The position numbers and the translations under genes are program-made. The notes under the pieces are model-generated. The model was not told the origin of the DNA, ran no database searches, and worked only from the letters and a program-made list of their open reading frames with translations. This document shows positions 8,814 through 17,333 of a DNA stretch of 17,769 nt, piece after piece (the stretch's first letter is position 1; every line of letters starts with the position of its first letter). Source of the DNA: Tubiluchus corallicola (lineage: Eukaryota > Animalia > Priapulida); NCBI GenBank assembly GCA_030141605.1, contig JAQGDQ010002498.1:1-17769 (forward strand), in the 5' to 3' direction.

Positions 8814-10229
8814 TTATTTTATTATCGCATCTATTGATTTTCTCCATTCGTGTATTTCTTTTAAAAGGCTTTCTGCTTGTTTCGGATTAGTTTTTGATAT
8901 GTCTTTATTTTCCTCAAAGTTTTCTTTTATATTATATAACTCTATTCTTCCTTCATCGTAAAATTCTATAAGTTTAAAATCATCTGTTCTTATACTTGTT
9001 GAATTTACATCTCCTGTACTATGAGGTCTACCTGTTGGAGAATGCCAAAAAATAGGTCTGTCTTTCAATTGTCTTCCTTTAAGAGCAGGAAGTAAACTAA
9101 TACCATCTATATGCTGCTTGGGTCTTAACGGCAAGCCTGCCAAATCCAACATAGTAGGATAAAAATCTGTATTCGTTGTTGGCTGGCTGCAAACAGAATT
9201 AGGTTTTGTTATGTTAGGAGCCTTAATAATCAGTGGAACTCTAACTCCTCCTTCATAAAGGTGTCCCTTGCCTGCTCTCAAAGGATAATTTGAAGTGGCT
9301 AATTGCCTTTTATTTGTGCCATCGTTAGACAAGCCTCCATTATCTGAGCTAAATATAATTACTGTATTGTCTGCTATCCCCAAACTATCTATCACCCTTA
9401 CTAAAGTTCCCATACTCTCATCTATACTTTGCACCATTGCTGCATACACAGCATTGTCTTGGTGCATTTTTGTTCTGCCAGTTCCTTCCTTTATATACTC
9501 TGGTCTATCAGGCTTAGGCAGTGTTTTCAATTTGTTTTCATATTTCTTTACATATTCCTCTTTTCCTTCAAGTGGTTGATGCACTGCATAGTGTGAGAGA
9601 TATAAAAAGAATGGCTTCTTATAATTGGCTTCTATAAACTTAACTGCCTCGTTTGTAAGCCTATCCGTAAGATACTCCCCTTCTACTCCCTCTTCTAAGC
9701 CATATATAATATTTTTAGGATTTGCTTTTCTCCCTTTTCGTGTAGGCGTATTGTAAGGGAAAAAATACGATACAGGTGCCCCAGACTTACCTCCTGCAAT
9801 ATTTATATCAAAACCTTGGTCTTCGGGAGCTTCTCCCTCCTCTTTACTTCCAAGATGCCATTTGCCAATGAAGCAAGTTGTATAGCCTCCCTTCTTCAAG
9901 GCTTCTGCCATTGTAAATTCGGAAGACTTCATATGTTGTTTTCCTCCCGGAACTTTTTCTTGTGCAGGAAACTTTCCTGTTAAAATTCCAAACCTAGAAG
10001 GTAAGCAACGAGGGTGCGAGCAATAACCTTCGGTAAAAGTCATCCCTTCTGATGCAAGTTTATCTATAGCAGGAGTTTCGTAAAATAGAGAACCTTGACT
10101 ACTTAAATCTTTCCAACCTAAATCATCAACCAAGAAAAATATAATATTTGATTTTTGCTTTGCTTCTATATGCGTAACACTGATTACTATAATTAAGTAA
10201 ATTATAAGCCTCAGAAAAAATTTTACCAT
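8814..10229 (-). CDS. Formylglycine-dependent (S1 family) Cys-type sulfatase, exported
   Basis: NIIFFLVDDLG, catalytic CLPSR (CxPxR) followed by GILTG, GYTTCFIGKWHLG, FSSDNGG, GKGHLYEGGVRVP and ELYN. N-terminal signal peptide. ATG at 10229 preferred over TTG at 10235. Confidence 0.95.
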   Translation of the reverse strand: MVKFFLRLIIYLIIVISVTHIEAKQKSNIIFFLVDDLGWKDLSSQGSLFYETPAIDKLASEGMTFTEGYCSHPRCLPSRFGILTGKFPAQEKVPGGKQHMKSSEFTMAEALKKGGYTTCFIGKWHLGSKEEGEAPEDQGFDINIAGGKSGAPVSYFFPYNTPTRKGRKANPKNIIYGLEEGVEGEYLTDRLTNEAVKFIEANYKKPFFLYLSHYAVHQPLEGKEEYVKKYENKLKTLPKPDRPEYIKEGTGRTKMHQDNAVYAAMVQSIDESMGTLVRVIDSLGIADNTVIIFSSDNGGLSNDGTNKRQLATSNYPLRAGKGHLYEGGVRVPLIIKAPNITKPNSVCSQPTTNTDFYPTMLDLAGLPLRPKQHIDGISLLPALKGRQLKDRPIFWHSPTGRPHSTGDVNSTSIRTDDFKLIEFYDEGRIELYNIKENFEENKDISKTNPKQAESLLKEIHEWRKSIDAIIK

Positions 10230-10283
10230 AACCAATTTTGATATTGTGCAAGTTTAAACTGAATTTCAATATTTTTTTAAAGC

Positions 10284-10291
10284 CAAATATA
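10284..10291 (-). promoter_or_regulatory. Bacteroidota housekeeping-sigma -7 element for the PUL operon
   Basis: Minus strand TATATTTG matches TAnnTTTG, ~55 bp upstream of the sulfatase ATG. No TTTG at the -33 position. Confidence 0.6.
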
Positions 10292-10312
10292 TCAAATAGG
10301 AAAAAATTAGAG

Positions 10313-10343
10313 GTTTGATTATTATCAAAAAAAGTTTGATTAT
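10313..10343. promoter_or_regulatory. Candidate transcription-factor site: palindrome TTTGAT-TATT-ATCAAA (10314-10329) interleaved with direct repeat GTTTGATTAT (10313-10322, 10334-10343)
   Basis: Read directly from the sequence; begins 21 bp upstream of the -7 element. Confidence 0.6.
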
Positions 10344-10488
10344 AGTTATAGAAAAAACTAAATAAAAACTTCTCTATTATCTATTTTAAGATATGCTAAA
10401 TATAGAAATTGTTTGTTTCTTTACTTGCTCCGTACGAACAATCTGTCGCACATCTTGAGATGCAATAACAACAATACTTTAATCCTCA

Positions 10489-11427
10489 CTACCTATACTT
10501 CTTCTCCTCTTTCAAAATATTTAAGTAGCTCTTATAACGAGATTCACTAATTAGCCCCTTTCTTAAGCCCTCCAACACAGCACAATTAGGCTCACCAATA
10601 TGCTGACAATTATGATAACCACACTTATTCAACAATTGAAACATTTCCGGAAAATAATGAGCTACCTCACTCTTATCAACATCAACAATACCAAAACCCT
10701 TAATCCCTGGAGTATCTATAATATACCCCCCAAAAGCCAACTCAAACATCTCTGAAAAAGTAGTCGTATGCCTACCCATCCGATAATAATCAGATATCTC
10801 AGTAACTTTCAAACTCAAAGTACCATCAATCATATTTATCAAAGAAGATTTTCCCACTCCCGAATGACCAGCAATAACAGTTACCTTATCCTTCAACAAA
10901 TCCCTCAATCCTTCTAGACCCAAACCTTTCAAAGCAGAAACTCTATAACAACTATACCCCACCTTTTCATAAATACCAATTAAATCATCCAGCCGCTTAT
11001 TATCTTCCTTTTCATAAATATCCACCTTATTAAAAATAATTTTCACAGGAATACTATACGCCTCTGCAGAAAGCAAAAAACGATCTATAAAAATAGTAGT
11101 CGTTAAAGGATAATTTACCGTAACAATCAAAAAAACTTGATCAACATTAGCCGCCAAAACTTGAGAATATTTAGAAAGTTTAGAAGCACGCCTTGTAATA
11201 CAATTCTTTCTATCCAACACTTCCCTTATTAGACCAACGCCTTCTTCTTCTGTCCTTACAAACTCAACAAAATCTCCCACAACAGTAGGATTAGTAGTTC
11301 TAATACCCCTAATCTTCAAATTTCCCCTTACCTTACACCTATACACCTCACCCCTTTCAGTTTTTACAACATTCCAGCTACCCGTTGTCCGAACAACCAT
11401 TCCTTTTTTTATATCGTCAAAACTCAT
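10489..11427 (-). CDS. rsgA: Ribosome small subunit-dependent GTPase A
   Basis: OB-fold N-terminus, circularly permuted GTPase motifs NKVD, SA, GHSGVGKSS, HTTT and DTPG, then zinc knuckle CGYHNCQHIGEPNC. ATGA overlap with the upstream gene. Confidence 0.96.
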   Translation of the reverse strand: MSFDDIKKGMVVRTTGSWNVVKTERGEVYRCKVRGNLKIRGIRTTNPTVVGDFVEFVRTEEEGVGLIREVLDRKNCITRRASKLSKYSQVLAANVDQVFLIVTVNYPLTTTIFIDRFLLSAEAYSIPVKIIFNKVDIYEKEDNKRLDDLIGIYEKVGYSCYRVSALKGLGLEGLRDLLKDKVTVIAGHSGVGKSSLINMIDGTLSLKVTEISDYYRMGRHTTTFSEMFELAFGGYIIDTPGIKGFGIVDVDKSEVAHYFPEMFQLLNKCGYHNCQHIGEPNCAVLEGLRKGLISESRYKSYLNILKEEKKYR

Positions 11428-12134
11428 AGTTGAACATTATTATTTTTTTCATTCCTCCGTAAAAAATAAACAATACCATACTCTTGACACTTCTGTCGCT
11501 TTATCTTTGGCGACAAATTATCAAAAGCACTCTCCACCTCATTCCATAACTCAAGAATAATATCATCAGCCTCAGCTCTCATCACTGACAACTGCTCTAA
11601 TATGCGCACATAATTATTCTGAAAAATAGTCTGCTGCGTATAAGCCTCATTCAAATTCATAATATGAATTTTCACCACAGCAATAGAAGGATTATAAATA
11701 ATCTCACCACCACCCTGTTGAGTTCGCAAATTCTCACCCTTAATAATCCTATCGCCCCAGTCCAAAATATCCTGATTCGTATTCAATTTAGGAACTGTGT
11801 GTTTATCTATAGGTAATCCATAATACTCTTTTGCCTGCTTATTTATCTCCCCTCTAGTAACAGCCAAATTTAAAACCTGAATAAAATGAGAAATATACAA
11901 CTTAGCCTTCCGTTGTTTTTCCATAAAAACCTCAGTAGCCTTTTTCCTTCTACTCTTTGTCTGCTTCAACAATACTACTGTATGTTCAAAATTGGAAGTA
12001 AAATAACGTAACTTTTGATACAACTTCTGAGAAAAAGCAAGATCCGCAGGAGAAAGCGTCTTCGCCTTACCTAAAGCTCCATTCAATGCTCTAACTCTCG
12101 CCAAATCCGTATTAGGTAACCTCCTATATGGCAT
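11424..12134 (-). CDS. Conserved hypothetical protein (MPYRRLPNTD-type, mostly helical, cytoplasmic)
   Basis: 236-aa ORF with the same base composition as its housekeeping neighbours. The motifs MPYRRLPNTD, YISHFIQVLN, IYNPSIA and WNEVE resemble an uncharacterised Bacteroidia family as I recall it (not searched). Confidence 0.85.
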   Translation of the reverse strand: MPYRRLPNTDLARVRALNGALGKAKTLSPADLAFSQKLYQKLRYFTSNFEHTVVLLKQTKSRRKKATEVFMEKQRKAKLYISHFIQVLNLAVTRGEINKQAKEYYGLPIDKHTVPKLNTNQDILDWGDRIIKGENLRTQQGGGEIIYNPSIAVVKIHIMNLNEAYTQQTIFQNNYVRILEQLSVMRAEADDIILELWNEVESAFDNLSPKIKRQKCQEYGIVYFLRRNEKNNNVQL

Positions 12135-12162
12135 ATCGCATACTTACTAAATTTCACCTTGA

Positions 12163-12906
12163 TTAGTCCTGAATCTTTGCCTTTAAAAATTCTCTATTCA
12201 ATCTCGCTATATTTGCGATAGAAATACTCTTAGGACACTCTACCTCACAAGCACCTGTATTAGTGCAATTTCCAAATCCCAATTCGTCCATCTTCGCCAC
12301 CATATTCTTAGCCCTTTTAGCAGCCTCCACCCTGCCCTGTGGCAACTTTGCAAGATGAGACACCTTAGCAGCCACAAACAACATAGCAGAAGCATTCTTA
12401 CAAGCTGCCACACAAGCACCACAGCCAATACAAGCTGCTGCATCCATAGCCTCTTCTGCATCGTCTGTTCCTATTGGAATAGCGTTACCATCAGGCACAC
12501 CACCCGTATTTACAGATACAAATCCTCCCGCCTGCAATATCTTATCAAAAGCATTTCTATCTACCATCAAATCCTTTATTACAGTAAAAGGTCTAGCCCT
12601 CCAAGGCTCAATAGTAATAGTATCGCCATCTTTAAACTTACGCATATGCAACTGGCAAGTAGTAACTTCTGTATCAGGACCGTGAGGACGACCATTGATA
12701 TAAAGACTACACGTGCCACATATCCCCTCTCTACAATCGTGGTCAAAAGCCACAGGTTCTTCATCTCCGTTTACCAACTGCTCGTTCAGCAAATCAAGCA
12801 TTTCAAGAAAAGAACTATCTGGAGAAACATTCTCTATCTTATAAACTTCAAACCTCCCCTTAGAATTAGCATTCTTTTGCCTCCATATCTTTAATTTAAG
12901 TTCCAT
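12163..12906 (-). CDS. sdhB: Succinate dehydrogenase/fumarate reductase iron-sulfur subunit
   Basis: Cys clusters [21 protein letters not shown] and [11 protein letters not shown]; downstream of the flavoprotein subunit. Confidence 0.97.
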   Translation of the reverse strand: MELKLKIWRQKNANSKGRFEVYKIENVSPDSSFLEMLDLLNEQLVNGDEEPVAFDHDCREGICGTCSLYINGRPHGPDTEVTTCQLHMRKFKDGDTITIEPWRARPFTVIKDLMVDRNAFDKILQAGGFVSVNTGGVPDGNAIPIGTDDAEEAMDAAACIGCGACVAACKNASAMLFVAAKVSHLAKLPQGRVEAAKRAKNMVAKMDELGFGNCTNTGACEVECPKSISIANIARLNREFLKAKIQD

Positions 12907-12990
12907 TACAACATTTATTAATTCATTAATGATGACACCACATTTATTTAATACTAGCTAGATAAACATTTTATATTGCTTCTTTACTTG

Positions 12991-13299
12991 TCAACCTTGT
13001 ACTGTGGTAGTATGAGTACTTATTTTTTGCTGTGAATAGATTTTACTAATAGCCACAGCCAGTATTCCCCACACAATAGAAGCAATCCAAATTAGTACTC
13101 CTCCCAGACCAAGCGTAAAGAGCATAACTGGGATACTTAAAAGCAGTAATACTATTGCTCCACTAACTGATGCATAAAATAATCCCAACGGACCAAAAAG
13201 TACTGTTAATAATATAGCTACTCCAGTACTTTTTTTATTAGCATTTTCTATAATAACATTTACCGTTGTTGTTTTATCTAAATCTTTTGTTTTTTCCAT
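12991..13299 (-). CDS. Small membrane protein, TM2-domain-like
   Basis: 102 aa with a hydrophobic core of 2-3 TM segments. KKSTGVAILLTVLFGPLGLFY and FTLGLGGVLIWIASIVW resemble the TM2 pattern (KS..A.LL..F.G..G...FY...T.G...IW). Confidence 0.75.
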   Translation of the reverse strand: MEKTKDLDKTTTVNVIIENANKKSTGVAILLTVLFGPLGLFYASVSGAIVLLLLSIPVMLFTLGLGGVLIWIASIVWGILAVAISKIYSQQKISTHTTTVQG

Positions 13300-13335
13300 A
13301 TCTTAAAATTAGAGGTCTTTAAAAAATGGATTTTT

Positions 13336-15276
13336 TTATTTATAACTACGTTGTGTTAACTCTACATTCTCAAACTTCAAAGCCTCCTTCTGTAACTTAG
13401 GCCCTTTTTCCTCACCGGCATAATCCCAAACTGATACATAACTAAAGTTCTTATCATCTCTTTTAGCCTCACCTTCCTTAGTAGCAGACTCTTCTCTAAA
13501 ATGCCCCCCGCAAGACTCATTTCTATCCAAAGCATCACGAGCCATCAACTCCCCTAGTTCTAAGAAATCAGCTACCCTACCTGCTTTTTCCAACTCAGGA
13601 TTTACCCCATCCAAATCACCTGGAATACGCACATCTTTCCAAAACTCCTCCTTAATTTCCTTAATCAACTTTATTGCTTTATTTAGCCCCTTTTCATTCC
13701 TCGCCATTCCTACATAATCCCACATTGCCTGTCCCAATTTCTTATGGAAATAGTCCACTGACTTAGAACCCTTTATGTTGTATATTTTCTCTATCCTATC
13801 TTTTATTTCTTTTTCTGCCTCCACAAATTCCTTTGCAGAAACATCGGGTAATGGAGTTTGAATCTCATCCGCCAAATAATCACCAATAGTATAAGGCAAA
13901 ATAAAATAACCATCAGCCAACCCCTGCATCAATGCAGAAGCTCCCAAACGATTTGCCCCATGATCAGAAAAATTTGCCTCACCAATAGAATACAAGCCTT
14001 CCACAGTTGTCTGCAAATTATAATCAACCCACGTACCACCCATAGAATAATGAATAGCAGGATAAATCATCATAGGTTCTTCATAAGGGTTAACATCTAC
14101 TATTTTTTCATACATCTGGAACAAATTTCCATAACGAGCCTCAATTACATCGCGTCCCAAACGTTCAATAGCAGTCGAAAAATCTAAAAACACAGCCTTG
14201 CCGGTTTCATTCACACCATACCCAGCATCACACCTCTCTTTCGCCGCCCTCGAAGCCACATCGCGCGGTACAAGATTACCATATGAAGGATACCTTCTCT
14301 CCAAATAATAATCCCTCTCCTCCTCAGGAACTTGAGAAGGCTTTATCTCTTTATTAATTATTTTCTTACATACATCCTTTGACTTTGGCACCCATATACG
14401 ACCATCGTTTCTCAAAGACTCTGACATTAAAGTCAGCTTAGACTGCTGGTCGCCGTGAACTGGGATACAAGTAGGATGAATCTGCACAAAACAAGGATTA
14501 GCAAAAGCAGCACCTTTTTTATAAGATACCCAAGCAGCTCCACCATTACACCCCATAGCATTGGTGGATAAGAAAAATACATTGCCATACCCACCTGAAG
14601 CTACCACCACAGCGTGAGCAGAATGCCTTTTAATCTCTCCTGTTACCATATCTCTAGAAATAATGCCCCTTGCTTTACCATCTATCTTTACAACATCAAG
14701 CATCTCGTGTCGGGCAAACATTTCTACCTGCCCCTTAGCTATTTGGTGGTTCAACGCCCCATAAGCACCCAACAACAACTGTTGTCCTGTTTGACCTCTT
14801 GCATAAAAAGTTCGTGATACCAATACCCCCCCAAAAGAACGGTTAGAAAGAAGCCCTCCATATTCTCTTGCAAAAGGAACTCCCTGTGCAACACACTGAT
14901 CTATAATACTACCGCTCACCTCCGCTAATCTATGAACATTAGCCTCTCTTGCTCGGTAATCCCCTCCCTTCACAGTATCGTAAAACAAACGGTGCACGCT
15001 ATCATTATCATTCTGATAATTCTTAGCAGCATTAATTCCTCCTTGTGCCGCAATAGAGTGCGCCCTACGTGCACTATCTTGATAACAAAATGCCTTTACA
15101 TTATAACCCATCTCAGCTAAAGACGCTGCTGCTGCACCTCCTGCTAAGCCCGTTCCAACAACAATTACTGTCAATTTTCGCTTATTAGCAGGACTAACCA
15201 CCTTTATTGAAGCCTTATGTTTACTCCATTTTTCTACTAATGGCCCCTCTGGTATCTTAGAGTTCAATTTACTCAT
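13336..15276 (-). CDS. sdhA: Succinate dehydrogenase/fumarate reductase flavoprotein subunit
   Basis: [13 protein letters not shown]-binding motif, [13 protein letters not shown] (covalent FAD His), [30 protein letters not shown] and ESCGGHFR. Confidence 0.98.
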   Translation of the reverse strand: MSKLNSKIPEGPLVEKWSKHKASIKVVSPANKRKLTVIVVGTGLAGGAAAASLAEMGYNVKAFCYQDSARRAHSIAAQGGINAAKNYQNDNDSVHRLFYDTVKGGDYRAREANVHRLAEVSGSIIDQCVAQGVPFAREYGGLLSNRSFGGVLVSRTFYARGQTGQQLLLGAYGALNHQIAKGQVEMFARHEMLDVVKIDGKARGIISRDMVTGEIKRHSAHAVVVASGGYGNVFFLSTNAMGCNGGAAWVSYKKGAAFANPCFVQIHPTCIPVHGDQQSKLTLMSESLRNDGRIWVPKSKDVCKKIINKEIKPSQVPEEERDYYLERRYPSYGNLVPRDVASRAAKERCDAGYGVNETGKAVFLDFSTAIERLGRDVIEARYGNLFQMYEKIVDVNPYEEPMMIYPAIHYSMGGTWVDYNLQTTVEGLYSIGEANFSDHGANRLGASALMQGLADGYFILPYTIGDYLADEIQTPLPDVSAKEFVEAEKEIKDRIEKIYNIKGSKSVDYFHKKLGQAMWDYVGMARNEKGLNKAIKLIKEIKEEFWKDVRIPGDLDGVNPELEKAGRVADFLELGELMARDALDRNESCGGHFREESATKEGEAKRDDKNFSYVSVWDYAGEEKGPKLQKEALKFENVELTQRSYK

Positions 15277-15301
15277 AATATATTTTGTAGTTTATTTTAT
15301 A

Positions 15302-15973
15302 TTAAAATATCAAAAAGTATAAAGGTATTATTGAAAAACCTATTACTATAATTGCCACATACACATAACCTAAACACTGAAGCCTCTTCTTCCATATCTT
15401 GTTACTAAGCCCAATAGACTGGAAAGCTGACCAGAAACCATGTGTCAAATGAAAGCCTAAGGCTATAGCTCCTACTACATATACAAGACAGTACATAGCG
15501 GACGAACGAAACACTCCCACCACAAGTGCATAAGCATCGTGCATCTCTTCCCCATTAATTACAATATCGCCTATTTCACCTGATATTTTCATTTTGTAAT
15601 AAAAATTGTAAAGATGAACAACAAGGAAGGCAAATATCAATAAGCCTAAGGCTATCATATTTCTAGATACAAAACTAGCTGCAAACTTATTGTTTTTAGC
15701 ATAAGCCAATGGGCGTGCCTTGTTATTCTTGAAATACAACACGATAGATAAGTAAATATGAAGAATAAAACCTCCAAAAAGAATTGGTTCCATTATTTGA
15801 ATTATAGGATTCGTTCCCATAAAATGAACACCCAAATTATACAACTCACCAGAGTCGTCAAAAATTAACATCAAATTTATTACTAAATGAAGCAATAAAA
15901 ATACCATCAAGAAAAATCCTGAAAGACTCAACACAACTTTTTTCCCTATTGAAGAACACACAAAATTACCCAT
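15302..15973 (-). CDS. sdhC: Succinate dehydrogenase/fumarate reductase cytochrome b subunit (b558 family)
   Basis: SSIGKK start motif, five hydrophobic segments with His ligands (LLLHL, ILHI, VVHL, FHLTHG) and WSAFQSIG. ATG at 15973 preferred over TTG at 15985. Confidence 0.95.
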   Translation of the reverse strand: MGNFVCSSIGKKVVLSLSGFFLMVFLLLHLVINLMLIFDDSGELYNLGVHFMGTNPIIQIMEPILFGGFILHIYLSIVLYFKNNKARPLAYAKNNKFAASFVSRNMIALGLLIFAFLVVHLYNFYYKMKISGEIGDIVINGEEMHDAYALVVGVFRSSAMYCLVYVVGAIALGFHLTHGFWSAFQSIGLSNKIWKKRLQCLGYVYVAIIVIGFSIIPLYFLIF

Positions 15974-16013
15974 AAATAACAACAATATTTTAGTTTTAAA
16001 ACTTTATCACGTT

Positions 16014-16021
16014 CAAAAATA
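16014..16021 (-). promoter_or_regulatory. Candidate -7 promoter element for sdhCAB
   Basis: Minus strand TATTTTTG matches TAnnTTTG, 40 bp upstream of the sdhC ATG. Confidence 0.55.
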
Positions 16022-16113
16022 TATTATTAATTGAAATTTTTGACTAAATACTTAATTTTTTTTTCAACAATATACATATTTACAATGTTTCCAAATAAAA
16101 TAAGACATTTAAT

Positions 16114-17175
16114 CTATTCAATAAAATTTTTCCTAACCCACCTTGGCAGTATAATAGCACCCAATATTAAATACGGATAATAGCTGACAAACCTCCACAA
16201 AAGAGCCATTGTAACTGCTAACCCCATTGGAATAAACTCATGCAAGTACTTTGTAAAAACAAACTCAGCAAAACCACTACCTCCTGGTGTAGGGCTTATA
16301 AGCATCATAATCCACATTACGAACTGGCGTGCAAATATTAATATATGTTCCTTAAATGCTGGAGATACAAAGAAGGCAATAATCAAAAAATTAACTACCC
16401 AATACCTTGCTGTCCAAGAAAAAAAAGTAGCAATAAAAGCCTTAATCCAGAAAAAGAAAGGCTGACCTTTCAACTCCTTAGAGGCATTAATAATTTCTGT
16501 GCCTGTTATATGTGCATTATACCTCCACTTAGAAATAATAGGAAGTTTAAATATTCTCAGTAATACCCATTTCAGTCCTCTTGGATTGACGAACAAACCA
16601 TAGGTTAAAAAGATAGTATATAAAAATTTGAGGCCATATCCAATAATAGCAAAATAAAAGAATTCATTATAGAAAGACTCTCCCATTAAAGAACCATCGT
16701 CTATGGAGAACAAATCCTGCCCACTTATTACTAAGAATAAAAAAGGCAACATCGCAATAAAATATAACTCATCCAAGAATGAAGTAGCCATAACAATAGC
16801 AGAACTTCGCCCCACACTAATACCTTCCCTGTTTACAAATATAATAGCTAAGCCCGTTCCACCTATTGCTGACGGAGTAATAGCTGATGTAAATTCCCAA
16901 AGCATTGTAAGGTTAAATGACTGTTTCCAGCCCAATCGTCCTCCCGCTAGTATTTTGATACGCATCATATAACCAAAATCACGGGAAAACATACATAACA
17001 AAGCAAAGAATATCCAAAAAATAGAACTATACGAAAACTCTATCATCTTCAATGCTTCTATATCCACCTCCTTGTATAGCATATACATAACCACACCCAA
17101 TCCTATTAAAATAGGAATGAAAATTTTCTTCCCCGAAGCTAAACTTTTGAGATACTTTTCAGGATTGCTAGCCAT
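16114..17175 (-). CDS. Lysylphosphatidylglycerol-synthase TM / UPF0104 flippase-like membrane protein
   Basis: Multiple TM segments with motifs FTSAITPSAIGG, SPTPGGSGFAE and LLWRFVSYY. Confidence 0.88.
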   Translation of the reverse strand: MASNPEKYLKSLASGKKIFIPILIGLGVVMYMLYKEVDIEALKMIEFSYSSIFWIFFALLCMFSRDFGYMMRIKILAGGRLGWKQSFNLTMLWEFTSAITPSAIGGTGLAIIFVNREGISVGRSSAIVMATSFLDELYFIAMLPFLFLVISGQDLFSIDDGSLMGESFYNEFFYFAIIGYGLKFLYTIFLTYGLFVNPRGLKWVLLRIFKLPIISKWRYNAHITGTEIINASKELKGQPFFFWIKAFIATFFSWTARYWVVNFLIIAFFVSPAFKEHILIFARQFVMWIMMLISPTPGGSGFAEFVFTKYLHEFIPMGLAVTMALLWRFVSYYPYLILGAIILPRWVRKNFIE

Positions 17176-17237
17176 ATAGTTTTATTGTGCTATAAAAACA
17201 AGGTACTTCTCAATACCCTAGATTATTTTCACTGTGG

Positions 17238-17245
17238 CAAATGTA
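17238..17245 (-). promoter_or_regulatory. Candidate -7 promoter element for the flippase-like gene
   Basis: Minus strand TACATTTG(C) matches TAnnTTTG, ~62 bp upstream of the ATG at 17175 and just downstream of the putative terminator. Confidence 0.6.
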
Positions 17246-17268
17246 AGAAAAAATAATATTCCCCCATT

Positions 17269-17288
17269 AAAAAACCTTTATCAAAGGT
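17269..17288 (-). terminator. Putative intrinsic terminator after the upstream susD
   Basis: Minus strand ACCTTT-GAT-AAAGGT-TTTTT: 6-bp stem followed by a U tract, 45 bp after the stop codon. The stem is weak. Confidence 0.5.
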
Positions 17289-17333
17289 AACATTTACTTA
17301 AACTAAATCTTTAAAATTTTGATTAAAACCTAT

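Noticed and set aside
8788-8847. Apparent 34-bp overlap of susC with the sulfatase
   Set aside because: Artefact of longest-ORF calling; the ATG at 8787 gives a normal signal peptide and a 26-bp gap.
4071-9579. Short plus-strand ORFs inside susD, susC and the sulfatase, and minus-strand ORF 5514..5738
   Set aside because: Nested in or overlapping conserved genes, with no recognisable protein features.
10451-10462. CATCT-TG-AGATG inverted repeat after rsgA as a terminator
   Set aside because: Very short stem and no U tract on the minus strand.
12208-12215. Plus-strand TATATTTG (antisense promoter-like) in the sdhB 3' end
   Set aside because: Explained by the coding sequence (A-N-I-A); the motif is short and expected by chance.
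12240-12894. 179-aa antisense ORF 12355..12894 and two short alternative-frame ORFs in sdhB
   Set aside because: Fully overlap the highly conserved sdhB; explained as reading-frame shadows.
13015-13230. Four AGTACT palindromes within the TM2-like gene (13015, 13094, 13199, 13225)
   Set aside because: Irregular spacing and explicable by Ser-Thr and Val-Leu codon pairs; no mechanism suggested.
13858-16972. Plus-strand ORFs within sdhA and the flippase-like gene
   Set aside because: Antisense shadows with no independent support.
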